From: a virus
Taxonomy: Duplodnaviria; Caudoviricetes
Length of the DNA: 28,501 bases
Virus record (IMG/VR): IMGVR_UViG_3300032216_000241
Coordinates: 1 to 28,501 of that record
Reading direction: 5' to 3' (one strand)
In this document: positions 1-9,338 of the stretch, in pieces
How the letters are laid out: each line of letters begins with the position of its first letter
Position numbering within the stretch: position 1 is the first letter of the stretch
Translations under genes and position numbers: made by a program
Notes under the pieces: generated by a model
What the model was told of the DNA's origin: nothing
Databases searched by the model: none
What the model saw: the letters and a program-made list of their open reading frames with translations, nothing else

Positions 1-25
1 AATTAAAGAAGAGGTATTTTCAAAG

Positions 26-172
26 ATGAAAAATATCCTTTCCAAAATTTCAAACTTGTTTAAACAGAAGTCTCAGTTGGAACAATTTATTCTTTCTAAG
101 AATCCAGTAACAGCTGGTGATGTTGATCACTGGACTAAAGTATTTAATCACTCCCAATATAGGGGATTATAA
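26..172 (+). CDS. small hypothetical protein (48 aa, MKNILSKISNLF...QYRGL)
   Basis: Translated by hand; below the ORF-track cutoff. GAGG upstream of ATG 26. TAA 170-172 overlaps the next ATG. Confidence 0.6.
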   Translation: MKNILSKISNLFKQKSQLEQFILSKNPVTAGDVDHWTKVFNHSQYRGL

Positions 173-252
173 TGCTTAACTGGATCCCAATGACAGATGA
201 TGATTGGGATTGGGTGAACGGAAAAGTTCCACCAGTACCTGAGAAGAAATAA
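172..252 (+). CDS. micro-ORF, 26 aa (MLNWIPMTDDDWDWVNGKVPPVPEKK)
   Basis: TAATG coupling with the upstream ORF, AGGGG upstream, and it ends just before a terminator hairpin. Confidence 0.45.
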   Translation: MLNWIPMTDDDWDWVNGKVPPVPEKK

Positions 253-255
253 AAG

Positions 256-285
256 AGTGGGGACTAGATCCCCACTTCTTCATTT
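256..285 (+). terminator. probable intrinsic terminator
   Basis: Stem AGTGGGGA (256-263) / TCCCCACT (269-276), 5-nt loop, followed by TCTTCATTT. Confidence 0.6.
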
Positions 286-286
286 G

Positions 287-293
287 CTAAATA
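287..293 (+). promoter_or_regulatory. putative T4-type late promoter (CTAAATA)
   Basis: Same CTAAATA core as the intergenic sites at 13649, 14994 and 17503; immediately upstream of ATG 298. Confidence 0.4.
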
Positions 294-297
294 GTGG

Positions 298-510
298 ATG
301 AAGAAAAAATTAAGTGTATTTCCAAACATGATAACATATGTACCTATCCGCAGGAGGGATTGGGTATGTAAGATATCCATATTTAAAGACCAGTCTGTAT
401 TGGTCGTGTGTTATAATGTGTATACATTTAGTACAGTAGTTAGGCAGTTTGATGATGCGGATTTAGCTGCATCCTTTTTAGACTTTTTAATTGAACAGGA
501 AGAATTATGA
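298..510 (+). CDS. hypothetical protein (70 aa)
   Basis: ORF with ATGA overlap to the next gene; no recognised motif. Confidence 0.6.
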   Translation: MKKKLSVFPNMITYVPIRRRDWVCKISIFKDQSVLVVCYNVYTFSTVVRQFDDADLAASFLDFLIEQEEL

Positions 511-806
511 CAGTGAAAGTATATAAAATGATTAATGGTGAAGACATTATGGGTGAAGTTTTTAATTCACCAATGATGGATCCAATCGAATTAAAGAATC
601 CATCTCAGATCGTACTTCAAAGAACCGAAACTGGTATGGGTGTTGCTCTAGCACCATACATGCCTTTCGCTGATGGTAATGTTAAGATTCACAAACATGC
701 TATTGCTTCAGAATGTACCCCAGATCAAAACATGATAAACGAATATAACCGAATCTTCGGTTCAGGAATCCAAGTAGCGCCAGCTTCAATTCTTGCAACC
801 CTGTAA
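507..806 (+). CDS. conserved T4-like phage protein, probable Sm-like fold
   Basis: KMINGEDIMG...LKNP...LAPYMPF...EYNRIFGSGI pattern typical of small Sm-like proteins of T4-like phages. Confidence 0.65.
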   Translation: MTVKVYKMINGEDIMGEVFNSPMMDPIELKNPSQIVLQRTETGMGVALAPYMPFADGNVKIHKHAIASECTPDQNMINEYNRIFGSGIQVAPASILATL

Positions 807-812
807 ATAAAT

Positions 813-841
813 TTGCCTTTTATCCGTGCTTCAGGTATAAT
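813..841 (+). promoter_or_regulatory. sigma70-type promoter for dexA-gp43
   Basis: TTGCCT (813-818), 17-bp spacer, TATAAT (836-841); same architecture as the promoters at 4483 and 25193. Confidence 0.75.
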
Positions 842-859
842 TATATCTGAGGCACTTTT
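826..859 (+). terminator. 30-nt inverted repeat followed by TTTT (terminator/operator overlapping the -10 box)
   Basis: GTGCTTCAGGTATAA|TTATATCTGAGGCAC pairs fully with two G.U pairs, followed by TTTT. Confidence 0.55.
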
Positions 860-875
860 ACTTTGAGGTTATATT

Positions 876-1442
876 ATGTTCATGTTCGATATCGAGACTC
901 TTAGCACAGAGTCTACTGCTGTTGTTCTTTCAGCTTCCATCATCCACTTCGAATTGGGAAGCCAATTTACCTACGAAGATCTTTTGGCGAATGCAATGTT
1001 CGTCAAGTTCGATGTCAAAGAACAAATTAAAAATTACAATAGGGTTATGGACAAGAGAACAGTTGAGTGGTGGAATACTCAACACGACTATGTTAAGAAA
1101 ACCAGCTTAGTTCCTTCAAAAGAAGACATGTCAGTTATCGAAGGCATCGATGCTTTCAAATCTTACATCGCAAAGTATCCTGAAGCAGACCAAACATTTT
1201 GGGCACGAGGTTCTTTAGATCAGATGGTCATTGATAGTCTTTGCTACGCAGCAGATCAAGAACCAATCGCAAACTATTCTGTTTGGCGAGATGTGAGAAC
1301 TGCGGTAGACTTACTAACTGATACAGCAAACGCTGGTTATTGTGAAATTGTTCATCCAACCTTCAAGCGACACAATGTGATTAAGCACCACCCAACACAC
1401 GACTGTGCGTTGGACATTATGATGTTAGTTTATGGGAAATAA
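876..1442 (+). CDS. dexA: DexA-like DEDDh 3'-5' exonuclease
   Basis: FDIETL (ExoI), WARGSLD (ExoII), RDVRT, HHPTHDCALD (ExoIII); GAGG ribosome-binding site. Confidence 0.8.
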   Translation: MFMFDIETLSTESTAVVLSASIIHFELGSQFTYEDLLANAMFVKFDVKEQIKNYNRVMDKRTVEWWNTQHDYVKKTSLVPSKEDMSVIEGIDAFKSYIAKYPEADQTFWARGSLDQMVIDSLCYAADQEPIANYSVWRDVRTAVDLLTDTANAGYCEIVHPTFKRHNVIKHHPTHDCALDIMMLVYGK

Positions 1443-3938
1443 ATGGAATTCTATACAAGTGTAGTTCAATATGGTAGTAAGATGCTTGTGCGTGGTTACG
1501 ATACTAAAGGTAACCAATTTAAGCACAGAGTAGATTTCCAACCAACAATCTTTATCCCATCCAAGAATCCCACCGAATATAAAACTCTCGAAAACAAATT
1601 CGTTGCACCACTACAAGCTGGTTCGATGAAAGAAACTCGAGAGTATATTGATCGTTACAAAGAGATAGAGGGGTTTGAGATCTATGGTAACAATAACTTT
1701 GTTGCCCAATTCATCAGCGACAACTATCGAGAAGAGATTATTCCCGACACCGATAAGATTAAGATCTTCACGATCGATATCGAGACATCAACTGAAGAAG
1801 GTTTTCCAGACATTCAATCTGCCAATGAAGAGATTCTTCTCATCACTCTACAGGACAATAAAACTAAAAACATCGTAACTTTTGGTCGCAGACCTATCGG
1901 TGACGCTGGTGATGTTGACTATCGTTTGTATGAAAATGAAACGCAGATGCTGCGAGAGTTTCTAATTTACTGGCAAGATAACTGCCCAGATGTTGTAACT
2001 GGTTGGAATATTAACTTCTTTGATATCCCCTATCTTATTCGTAGGATTCAAAACCTTCTTGGTGAGTCTTTTGCCAAAAAGATGTCGCCATGGGATTTGA
2101 TATCTGAACGCAGAATTCAGATGAAGGGTAGCGAGGAATTAACATACGACATTCAAGGTGTTGCTATGTTGGATTACCTTGACCTGTATAAGAAATATAC
2201 CTATCAAGCACAGGAGTCGTATCGTCTTGACCATATCGCTTTTGTGGAGTTGGGAGACAAGAAACTAGACTACAGTGAGCATGGTTCATTTAAAGATTTC
2301 TATACTCAAGCATGGAAGAAGTTCGTAGCCTATAACATTCACGATGTGCAACTGGTTGACAAACTAGAAGACAAAATGAAGTTGATTGAGTTGCAATTGG
2401 TTATGGCTTACAATGCCAAGATTAACTATGAGGATGTCTTCAGTCAGGTTCGTATGTGGGATGCTATCATCTATAATCACCTACGAGATCGAGGTATTGT
2501 TATTCCGCAGAATTCTGGTAACAGAAAGTATGCGCAGTTTGAAGGTGCTTATGTTAAAGATCCTCTGGTTGGTTTGCATAAGTGGGTTGCTTCCTTTGAC
2601 TTGAACAGTTTGTATCCTCACTTGATTATGCAATACAACATTAGTCCCGAAATGATGTTGGAAGGAAGAGAGACAGTTACAGTTGATCATCTTCTTGAAC
2701 AGAAGTTTGACAACAGCGAGATCAAAGAACGAAATGTTTCTATGACTGCCAATGGTGTTTGTTATTCGAAAGACAAACAGGGGTTTATGCCCGAGTTGAT
2801 GCAAACGATGTATATTAACCGAAGCAAGTTCAAGAAGCAGATGTTGAAATTGCAACAGGAGTATGAGCACGACAAAACAAACAACAATCTCCGTAAAGAA
2901 ATCAGTCGGTTGAATAACCTACAGATGGCTATGAAGATTGCGTTGAACTCTGCTTATGGTGCGATGGGTAACCAATACTTCCGCTATTTTGATTTGCGCA
3001 TGGCAGAAGGTATTACGACTTCTGGTCAATTGTCTATTCGTTGGATGGCTAACAAGCTGAACGACTTTATGAACAAGACTTTGAAGACAACCAAAAGAAA
3101 AGACTTTGTCATCGCGATCGATACAGATTCTATTTACCTTACTCTTGAAACATTAGTTGAATCCGTTTGTGATGGTAAGACTGATGAACAAAAGATTAAA
3201 TACATGGATAAGATCTGTGAAGATATCTTCCAACCTTTCATTGACAAAGGTTACCAAGAGTTGGCGACCTATATGAATGCCTATGATCAGAAGATGCAGA
3301 TGAAACGAGAAGTCTTAGCTGACAAAGCAATTTGGACCGCCAAGAAACGATACATTATGAATGTTCATAACTCAGAAGGAGTTCAGTATGCAGAGCCTAA
3401 GATCAAGGTTATGGGTTTGGAAATGGTCAAGTCCTCTACACCTCAAGTTATTCGTAATAAACTTAAAGATTCGATCAAAGTTATTCTTGAAGGCGATCAG
3501 TCAAAGCTGCACCGCTACATACATTCGTTTAGAGATGAGTTTAACAAACTACCAGTTGAAGAAATTGCGTTCCCGAGATCAGTAAACGGATTAAAAGAGT
3601 ATGCTGCCTTTTCGACTATATACAGAAAGAGCACACCGATTCATGTTCGTGGTGCGTTGTTGTTGAATCACTATCTTAAACAAATGAATCTTGATCGTAA
3701 GTATCAACCTATTCGAGATGGTGATAAGATTAAGTTTGTTTATCTCAAAACACCAAACACAATTCAGGAAGATATTATTTCGTTCAGTCAAGAGTTACCA
3801 AAAGAATTAGACCTACATAAGTATGTGAACTATGAAAAACAATTCGAAAAGGTTTTCCTAGACGCACTACAAATTGTTATTGAACCATTGGGTTGGAAAG
3901 TAGAAGAGCATTCTTCACTGGAGGACTTCTTTGGATAA
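1443..3938 (+). CDS. 43: family B DNA polymerase (T4 gp43-like)
   Basis: DIET exonuclease motif, SFDLNSLYPH, KIALNSAYG, DTDS, KKRY; C-terminal clamp-binding SLEDFF. Confidence 0.97.
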   Translation: MEFYTSVVQYGSKMLVRGYDTKGNQFKHRVDFQPTIFIPSKNPTEYKTLENKFVAPLQAGSMKETREYIDRYKEIEGFEIYGNNNFVAQFISDNYREEIIPDTDKIKIFTIDIETSTEEGFPDIQSANEEILLITLQDNKTKNIVTFGRRPIGDAGDVDYRLYENETQMLREFLIYWQDNCPDVVTGWNINFFDIPYLIRRIQNLLGESFAKKMSPWDLISERRIQMKGSEELTYDIQGVAMLDYLDLYKKYTYQAQESYRLDHIAFVELGDKKLDYSEHGSFKDFYTQAWKKFVAYNIHDVQLVDKLEDKMKLIELQLVMAYNAKINYEDVFSQVRMWDAIIYNHLRDRGIVIPQNSGNRKYAQFEGAYVKDPLVGLHKWVASFDLNSLYPHLIMQYNISPEMMLEGRETVTVDHLLEQKFDNSEIKERNVSMTANGVCYSKDKQGFMPELMQTMYINRSKFKKQMLKLQQEYEHDKTNNNLRKEISRLNNLQMAMKIALNSAYGAMGNQYFRYFDLRMAEGITTSGQLSIRWMANKLNDFMNKTLKTTKRKDFVIAIDTDSIYLTLETLVESVCDGKTDEQKIKYMDKICEDIFQPFIDKGYQELATYMNAYDQKMQMKREVLADKAIWTAKKRYIMNVHNSEGVQYAEPKIKVMGLEMVKSSTPQVIRNKLKDSIKVILEGDQSKLHRYIHSFRDEFNKLPVEEIAFPRSVNGLKEYAAFSTIYRKSTPIHVRGALLLNHYLKQMNLDRKYQPIRDGDKIKFVYLKTPNTIQEDIISFSQELPKELDLHKYVNYEKQFEKVFLDALQIVIEPLGWKVEEHSSLEDFFG

Positions 3939-4482
3939 TATTAGAGTAATCAAAACTGGAATCAATGTTTCAAAGATTCTAAAACAACTACAACAATACA
4001 AAGAAGATTGGGGTGTCCAAAAACGAATGGAAGGTGTGAAAAATGTCCATGATGAATTTGGTTTCCCAGATATTTCTGCTGGTGTATTGCAACTGGTAAT
4101 GGGTGGTGTTGAGAAGGTTGGTGACTATGTAGGAGATACGGAAATATCTATACCAACCCCAGCATACAAAAAACATACAGAGATCGTTGGGTTCTTAAAA
4201 CGAAACTTCCACAATCATGCAAGATGCGGTTTCCTTTCACTACCTATTGGTGGCAAAGTTGGAAAACATATTGATATTGGGAGTTACTACCAAACCAAAG
4301 ATCGTTATCACCTGTCCATACAAGGAAGGTATAGATACTTTGTTGGAGACGAGCACTATGATGTTGAACCAGGAACTCTACTTTGGTTCAACAATAAGTT
4401 GGAACACGGAACTGAGAATCTTGCAGATTGCGTAAGGGTTACTTTTGTATTTGATGTTCCCCATCATAAGAAGAATCCGTGA
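3931..4482 (+). CDS. 2OG-Fe(II) oxygenase, aspartyl/asparaginyl beta-hydroxylase-like
   Basis: HxD (KHID)...RYHL...WFNNKLEH...RVTFVFD facial-triad pattern; TTG start with GGAGG upstream. Confidence 0.8.
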   Translation: MDNIRVIKTGINVSKILKQLQQYKEDWGVQKRMEGVKNVHDEFGFPDISAGVLQLVMGGVEKVGDYVGDTEISIPTPAYKKHTEIVGFLKRNFHNHARCGFLSLPIGGKVGKHIDIGSYYQTKDRYHLSIQGRYRYFVGDEHYDVEPGTLLWFNNKLEHGTENLADCVRVTFVFDVPHHKKNP

Positions 4483-4511
4483 TTGCCTCGCAAGTATTTT
4501 TGGTGTATAAT
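4483..4511 (+). promoter_or_regulatory. sigma70-type promoter for uvsX-40-41 and downstream genes
   Basis: TTGCCT (4483-4488), 17-bp spacer, TATAAT (4506-4511). Confidence 0.75.
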
Positions 4512-4534
4512 TATAGAAGATAAATGGAGAAACT

Positions 4535-5605
4535 ATGGGCATACTAGATAAACTTAAAAAGAATAGCACGATTAAAGAGTCTGCTGTTCTTGCAAATTCA
4601 AAATTCTTTACGAAGAAGGACATGATTCCTACTTCTGTTCCAGCGATCAATGTCGCACTGTCAGGTCGCCTTGATGGTGGATTAACTCCAGGAGTTACGA
4701 TGTGGGCTGGTCCAAGCAAACATTTTAAAACTGCTTTCAGTTTGCTGATGGCAAAATCTTACCTTGACAAATATCCAGATGCTGCTTTACTTTTTTACGA
4801 TTCTGAGTTCGGTACTCCTCAGTCTTACTTTGATTCTTTCGGAATTGACACGGAGCGTGTTATTCATACTCCCCTTACCGATGTAGAGCAATTGAAGTTT
4901 GACATTATGCAACAGCTGCAAGGTGTCGAGCGAGGTGACCATCTTATTATTGTTATTGATTCTATTGGTAATTTGGCTTCAAAGAAAGAAGTTGATGATG
5001 CGTTAGAAGGTAAGTCTGTTGGTGACATGACTCGTGCGAAACAAATGAAGAGTTTGTTCCGTATGATTACACCTCACCTGAACTTAAAAGATATCCCACT
5101 GGTTGTTGTGAATCATACCTACATGGAAATTGGTATGTTCCCCAAAGCAATCGTTGGTGGTGGAACTGGTTCATACTATTCAGCTGATAATATTTTCATT
5201 ATCGGTCGTCAACAAGAGAAAGAAGGAACTGAGGTAATCGGTTACAACTTTATCATCAATGTGGAGAAATCTCGTTATGTTCGAGAGAAATCTAAGATCC
5301 CTGTTACTGTATATCACGATGGTGGTATTAGTCGCTGGTCTGGCTTACTTGATATGGCACTTGATTCAGGGCATGTTATTAAACCATCTAATGGTTGGTA
5401 CTCAAGGGTGGATAAGGACACTGGTGAGATAGAAGATAAAAAGTTCCGTGTAAAAGATACTGATACCAAAGAATTTTGGATGCAGGTTCTAAAACAGAAA
5501 ACATTTATTGACTATGTTAAACAAACTTATCAAGTTGGTCAAACCGATATTCTCAAGGATGAGGAAATCGAAACAGAACTGGCAGAACTCGATGAAGCCG
5601 AGTGA
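4535..5605 (+). CDS. uvsX: RecA-like recombinase UvsX
   Basis: AGPSKHFKT Walker A, YDSEFG, IDSIGNLAS, VVNHTY, GGGTG, VEKSRYVREK. Confidence 0.96.
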   Translation: MGILDKLKKNSTIKESAVLANSKFFTKKDMIPTSVPAINVALSGRLDGGLTPGVTMWAGPSKHFKTAFSLLMAKSYLDKYPDAALLFYDSEFGTPQSYFDSFGIDTERVIHTPLTDVEQLKFDIMQQLQGVERGDHLIIVIDSIGNLASKKEVDDALEGKSVGDMTRAKQMKSLFRMITPHLNLKDIPLVVVNHTYMEIGMFPKAIVGGGTGSYYSADNIFIIGRQQEKEGTEVIGYNFIINVEKSRYVREKSKIPVTVYHDGGISRWSGLLDMALDSGHVIKPSNGWYSRVDKDTGEIEDKKFRVKDTDTKEFWMQVLKQKTFIDYVKQTYQVGQTDILKDEEIETELAELDEAE

Positions 5606-5927
5606 TTTTGTAAGACCCCACAAAACTGTAGAACGCAACGGAGTACTTGCGTTGAAGTTGTCTGAAGGACAATTTGCTGGTATAATATTCTCTTATGGTC
5701 GTGTTGCTTTCGAAGAAGATAAAGAAAACGATCGTTTGAGAGTAAAATATGATTATGAGATCCACGACTTCCGACCAGAAGATTTAGATGTCTCAGCTTT
5801 TGAAAAAGAGTTGGGTGACTTTCTTATTGAGTTGTGTATGTATGGTGTTATGAATAACGATTTAGTTTACACAGGCGGTATTGATGCGCATAGAGAAAAC
5901 AATATTATCGAATCTGATCCACAATGA
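5592..5927 (+). CDS. gp40-like protein (head vertex assembly chaperone position)
   Basis: 111 aa from ATG 5592; lies between uvsX and gp41 as T4 gene 40 does. The call rests mainly on synteny and size. Confidence 0.55.
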   Translation: MKPSDFVRPHKTVERNGVLALKLSEGQFAGIIFSYGRVAFEEDKENDRLRVKYDYEIHDFRPEDLDVSAFEKELGDFLIELCMYGVMNNDLVYTGGIDAHRENNIIESDPQ

Positions 5928-7272
5928 TGAATATTGTAGAAAAGTAGTTCCCCATTTAAAGAAAGAATACTTTACTGATCGTAAAGAAGCGATGATCGTA
6001 GAATCATTGATCAACTTCTTTAATGAGTATAACATGACTGCCACACCAGAGATCTTAGCAATTGAGATCGGGAATAGAAAAGATCTTAATGATAAAGAAG
6101 TTCCAGAAATTGAAACCTATATTAACGAGTTGACCAGTAAGGAAACTAATTCGGATTGGTTGATTGGTGAAACAGAAAAGTTCTGTAAAGACAAGGCGGT
6201 TTATAATGCGATTCTTCACTCAATTAAAATTATTGACGGAGGTGATAAGAATCAAACCAAAGATGCAATTCCTTCTATCTTATCTGAAGCACTTGCTGTT
6301 TGCTTTGATAATCATATTGGTCATGACTATTTGGAAGACTTCGATGAGAGGTATGATTTTTATCATAGGGTGGAAGAGAAGATTGCATTCGACCTTGACC
6401 TCTTTAATAAAATCACTAAGGGTGGGCTTTCAAAGAAAACATTGAATGTAGTATTGGCTGGTACTGGGGTTGGTAAGTCTTTGTTTATGTGCCATGTGGC
6501 TGCATCTACCTTAATGCAAGGTAAGAATGTTCTTTACATTACTATGGAGATGGCAGAGGAAAGAATCGCAGAACGAATTGATGCGAATCTTATGAACATC
6601 GGTATGGATGAGTTGAAGGTAATTGATAAGTCTGTATTCGAATCAAGAGTATCGAAGGTAGCAAAGAAAACACAAGGTAAGTTAATCATCAAAGAGTATC
6701 CAACAGCTGGTGCTCATGCTGGTCACTTCCGTGCGTTATTGGAAGAACTAAAACTAAAACGAGAGTTTAAACCAGACATGGTCATTATCGACTATCTCAA
6801 TATTTGTTCTTCATCGCGAATGAAACAGGGAGCGAATGTAAACTCTTATACATATATTAAGTCGATAGCAGAAGAGTTAAGAGGATTGGCGGTTGAGATG
6901 GCAGTGCCGATTTTATCAGCAACCCAAACAACTAGATCTGGTTTCTCTAACACTGATGTTGAATTGACGGACACTTCTGAATCGTTTGGTTTACCTGCGA
7001 CAGTTGATTTTATGTTTGCTTTGATTAGTTCTGAAGAGTTGGAAGAACTTGGACAGTTGTTAGTTAAGCAGTTGAAGAATCGTTATGGTGATCCGTCTTA
7101 CTTCAAGAAGTTTGTAATTGGAGTTGACAGATCAAAGATGAAGTTGTATAATTTAGAATCATCAGCGCAGAAAGATATTTCAGAATCTGGTCAAGACATT
7201 GGTCCAGTTTTTGACAAATCAGATTTTGGTAAAAGAGTGAAGACGGAAGACTTCGAAGGATTCAAGTTTTAG
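5884..7272 (+). CDS. 41: replicative DnaB-like helicase (T4 gp41-like)
   Basis: LAGTGVGKS Walker A, YITMEMAEE, IIDYLNI, SATQTTR, TSESFGLPAT, KQLKNRY. Confidence 0.96.
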   Translation: MRIEKTILSNLIHNDEYCRKVVPHLKKEYFTDRKEAMIVESLINFFNEYNMTATPEILAIEIGNRKDLNDKEVPEIETYINELTSKETNSDWLIGETEKFCKDKAVYNAILHSIKIIDGGDKNQTKDAIPSILSEALAVCFDNHIGHDYLEDFDERYDFYHRVEEKIAFDLDLFNKITKGGLSKKTLNVVLAGTGVGKSLFMCHVAASTLMQGKNVLYITMEMAEERIAERIDANLMNIGMDELKVIDKSVFESRVSKVAKKTQGKLIIKEYPTAGAHAGHFRALLEELKLKREFKPDMVIIDYLNICSSSRMKQGANVNSYTYIKSIAEELRGLAVEMAVPILSATQTTRSGFSNTDVELTDTSESFGLPATVDFMFALISSEELEELGQLLVKQLKNRYGDPSYFKKFVIGVDRSKMKLYNLESSAQKDISESGQDIGPVFDKSDFGKRVKTEDFEGFKF

Positions 7273-7281
7273 GAGAATGAT

Positions 7282-8643
7282 ATGGTAAAAGTAATTGTAG
7301 CTGAAACCAAGCATGACTGTAATCATTTGCTTGGACAGTTTTTAGATGAGAGGCACTATGATGTTCTGGTTGAAGAAGATTGTGATGTTTATATGCCAGC
7401 CAATTCTGAATTGGCGACGCAAGCCAACGATTCAAATTCCTGTGAAACAGGTATCGATGAAAGACGAATTGTATTTAGATTTCGTAAAAACTACTTTACG
7501 AAAGAAGAACAAGAAATGGCTTATCAAGGGCTACGAGAAGCAGCAACGGTAACGCAGAATCGTGGTTTGGCTTCTGGTCCAAGAGAAGAGTCGCTCGGTG
7601 CAAGACACTGGGTTACTGATGAGCAATTTGATTTGCTTGAGTTTATGATGGAGCCAAAAGAAACTTTGACTGGTGAAGACGGCATTGATGAAATTCGTAG
7701 ACGCCACAGAGAGGGTAAGTACGAAGTTCCATCTCGTGGATATACTTGGTTGCAAAACAAAATTAATACCACTGGCAAAGTATTCAGTGGTGCTGCCAAA
7801 GGTTTTGTGTTTGATGAGTGGGTTGAAACAGTTCGTAAATTACCTAAACAACAAATGCAAGATGAAGCCAAACGAGTTGCTACTGATTTAATCTGCAATA
7901 CTACCTACGCTAACTCTGTATACTCTGGTATTGCTGGCTGGTTCGATCGTTATCCTCGTATCCCGTATGGTCGTGCAACTACTTATACAAGAGATAATCC
8001 AGATAAATTTGCTCTGGCTTATCCATTCTTACAACACTTGGCTAAAGGATTTAAAGATCTTCTGCCATGGCGTTATGCAAATCAAATGCGAGAAGCAGCA
8101 AAGTTGGATCCAGAATTCTTAGTTCCAGAAACTCCATTTACTACGATTACCGTAAACAAGACATTCCGTACTGCAGCACACTATGATGCTGGTGATTTAG
8201 ATAGTGGTTTATCTAATCTTCTTACGCTATCAAATGATGGTAACTACACTGGTGGATATTTGATTGCACCAGAGTATCGTGTTGCGGTAAATGTAAGACC
8301 TGGAGATTTGTTATTGATTAACAATCACGAAGTTATGCATGGCAATACTCCGATTGTATGTGCAGAAGGTTCTGAACGAGTTTCTTTGGTTGTTTACTTC
8401 CGTGAGAAGATGCTTGAGTTGGGTAGCAAAGCGTATGAAGATATTCGTATGAATTTTGTTCAAGATCGTAAAGATAATAAAGAGCATCCAAATCAGAAAC
8501 CATTATGGAATGGTGTTACCGAAGGTATGTGGCAATCTCAAGAATGGAAAGACTATCTGATTGACAAGGGTGGTTTGGAAATGGCTAAGAAATATGAGGC
8601 AAATCTTATGGAAGAAAAATCTTCCTTGGAGGAGTTCTTTTAA
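7282..8643 (+). CDS. TET/JBP-family 2OG-Fe(II) nucleic-acid base dioxygenase
   Basis: FTTITVNK...TAAHYDAGD (HxD)...GDLLL...MHGNTP (H)...ERVSLVVYFRE (Rx5a), the signature layout of TET/JBP oxygenase domains. Confidence 0.85.
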   Translation: MVKVIVAETKHDCNHLLGQFLDERHYDVLVEEDCDVYMPANSELATQANDSNSCETGIDERRIVFRFRKNYFTKEEQEMAYQGLREAATVTQNRGLASGPREESLGARHWVTDEQFDLLEFMMEPKETLTGEDGIDEIRRRHREGKYEVPSRGYTWLQNKINTTGKVFSGAAKGFVFDEWVETVRKLPKQQMQDEAKRVATDLICNTTYANSVYSGIAGWFDRYPRIPYGRATTYTRDNPDKFALAYPFLQHLAKGFKDLLPWRYANQMREAAKLDPEFLVPETPFTTITVNKTFRTAAHYDAGDLDSGLSNLLTLSNDGNYTGGYLIAPEYRVAVNVRPGDLLLINNHEVMHGNTPIVCAEGSERVSLVVYFREKMLELGSKAYEDIRMNFVQDRKDNKEHPNQKPLWNGVTEGMWQSQEWKDYLIDKGGLEMAKKYEANLMEEKSSLEEFF

Positions 8644-9338
8644 TGTGCGCAATTATCGGTGCGTTCATTCAGAACCCTTCATTAGAAGATTTTGAAAGTT
8701 TAAAACGAGTATTCCTTGAGTCTAGAATTCGAGGTATGCACGCAACAGGCATTTCATTCCTTCCTAGTTGGAGTGATAAAGTTATAACGATTAAAGATTC
8801 AATTCCTGCAGATGAGTTTATTAGTATTCATATGCATAATGATAATTTGAAGGAGATGATAAATGCTGACAATAATCTTTACCTTATTGGTCACTGTAGA
8901 TATAGCACTAGCGATTTATTGTATAACCAGCCGATAGCAAATGATAAACACTCTATTGTTCACAATGGAGTTATTACACAAGAGTTGCCTGAGAATTGGG
9001 ATAAGATTTTTGCATACAAATGTGAAACAAAGAACGACTCAGAGTTGGTCTTGCATTCAGGTTCGCCATTGGAAGAATTTCCAGATGCATCGATGGCTGT
9101 TTGTGAATTGACGAGTGATAAAAAATTATTGTTTTATCGCAATGGAAAACGACCATTGTGGTTGTCTCAAATAGCGAATGGGTATATAATTACCTCTACG
9201 GCAGACATTCCACAAAGGGCTGGATTTACAACTCTGACTGGTCAGGTTCAGAAAGACACATATTGCACTGTCTATCCAGATGGTGCGATTATGTTTGAGA
9301 AAGTTGACAACAATACGAAGGATTTACAGAATGTATAA
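8643..9338 (+). CDS. class II (Ntn) glutamine amidotransferase
   Basis: N-terminal MC nucleophile, RGMHATG, GHCRYST, NQP, HNG, NDSE, RPLW; TAATG coupled to the oxygenase. Confidence 0.88.
   Translation: MCAIIGAFIQNPSLEDFESLKRVFLESRIRGMHATGISFLPSWSDKVITIKDSIPADEFISIHMHNDNLKEMINADNNLYLIGHCRYSTSDLLYNQPIANDKHSIVHNGVITQELPENWDKIFAYKCETKNDSELVLHSGSPLEEFPDASMAVCELTSDKKLLFYRNGKRPLWLSQIANGYIITSTADIPQRAGFTTLTGQVQKDTYCTVYPDGAIMFEKVDNNTKDLQNV

Noticed and set aside
5508-5591. N-terminal extensions given by the ORF track (5508, also 9280, 11342, 16838, 26247)
   Set aside because: They overlap upstream genes more deeply; downstream ATGs (5592, 9331, 11387, 16850, 26256) fit short overlaps or RBS better.
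1443-7272. Inteins or introns in polymerase, UvsX or helicase
   Set aside because: Lengths are ordinary, motifs are contiguous, and no intein termini or homing-endonuclease motifs were seen.
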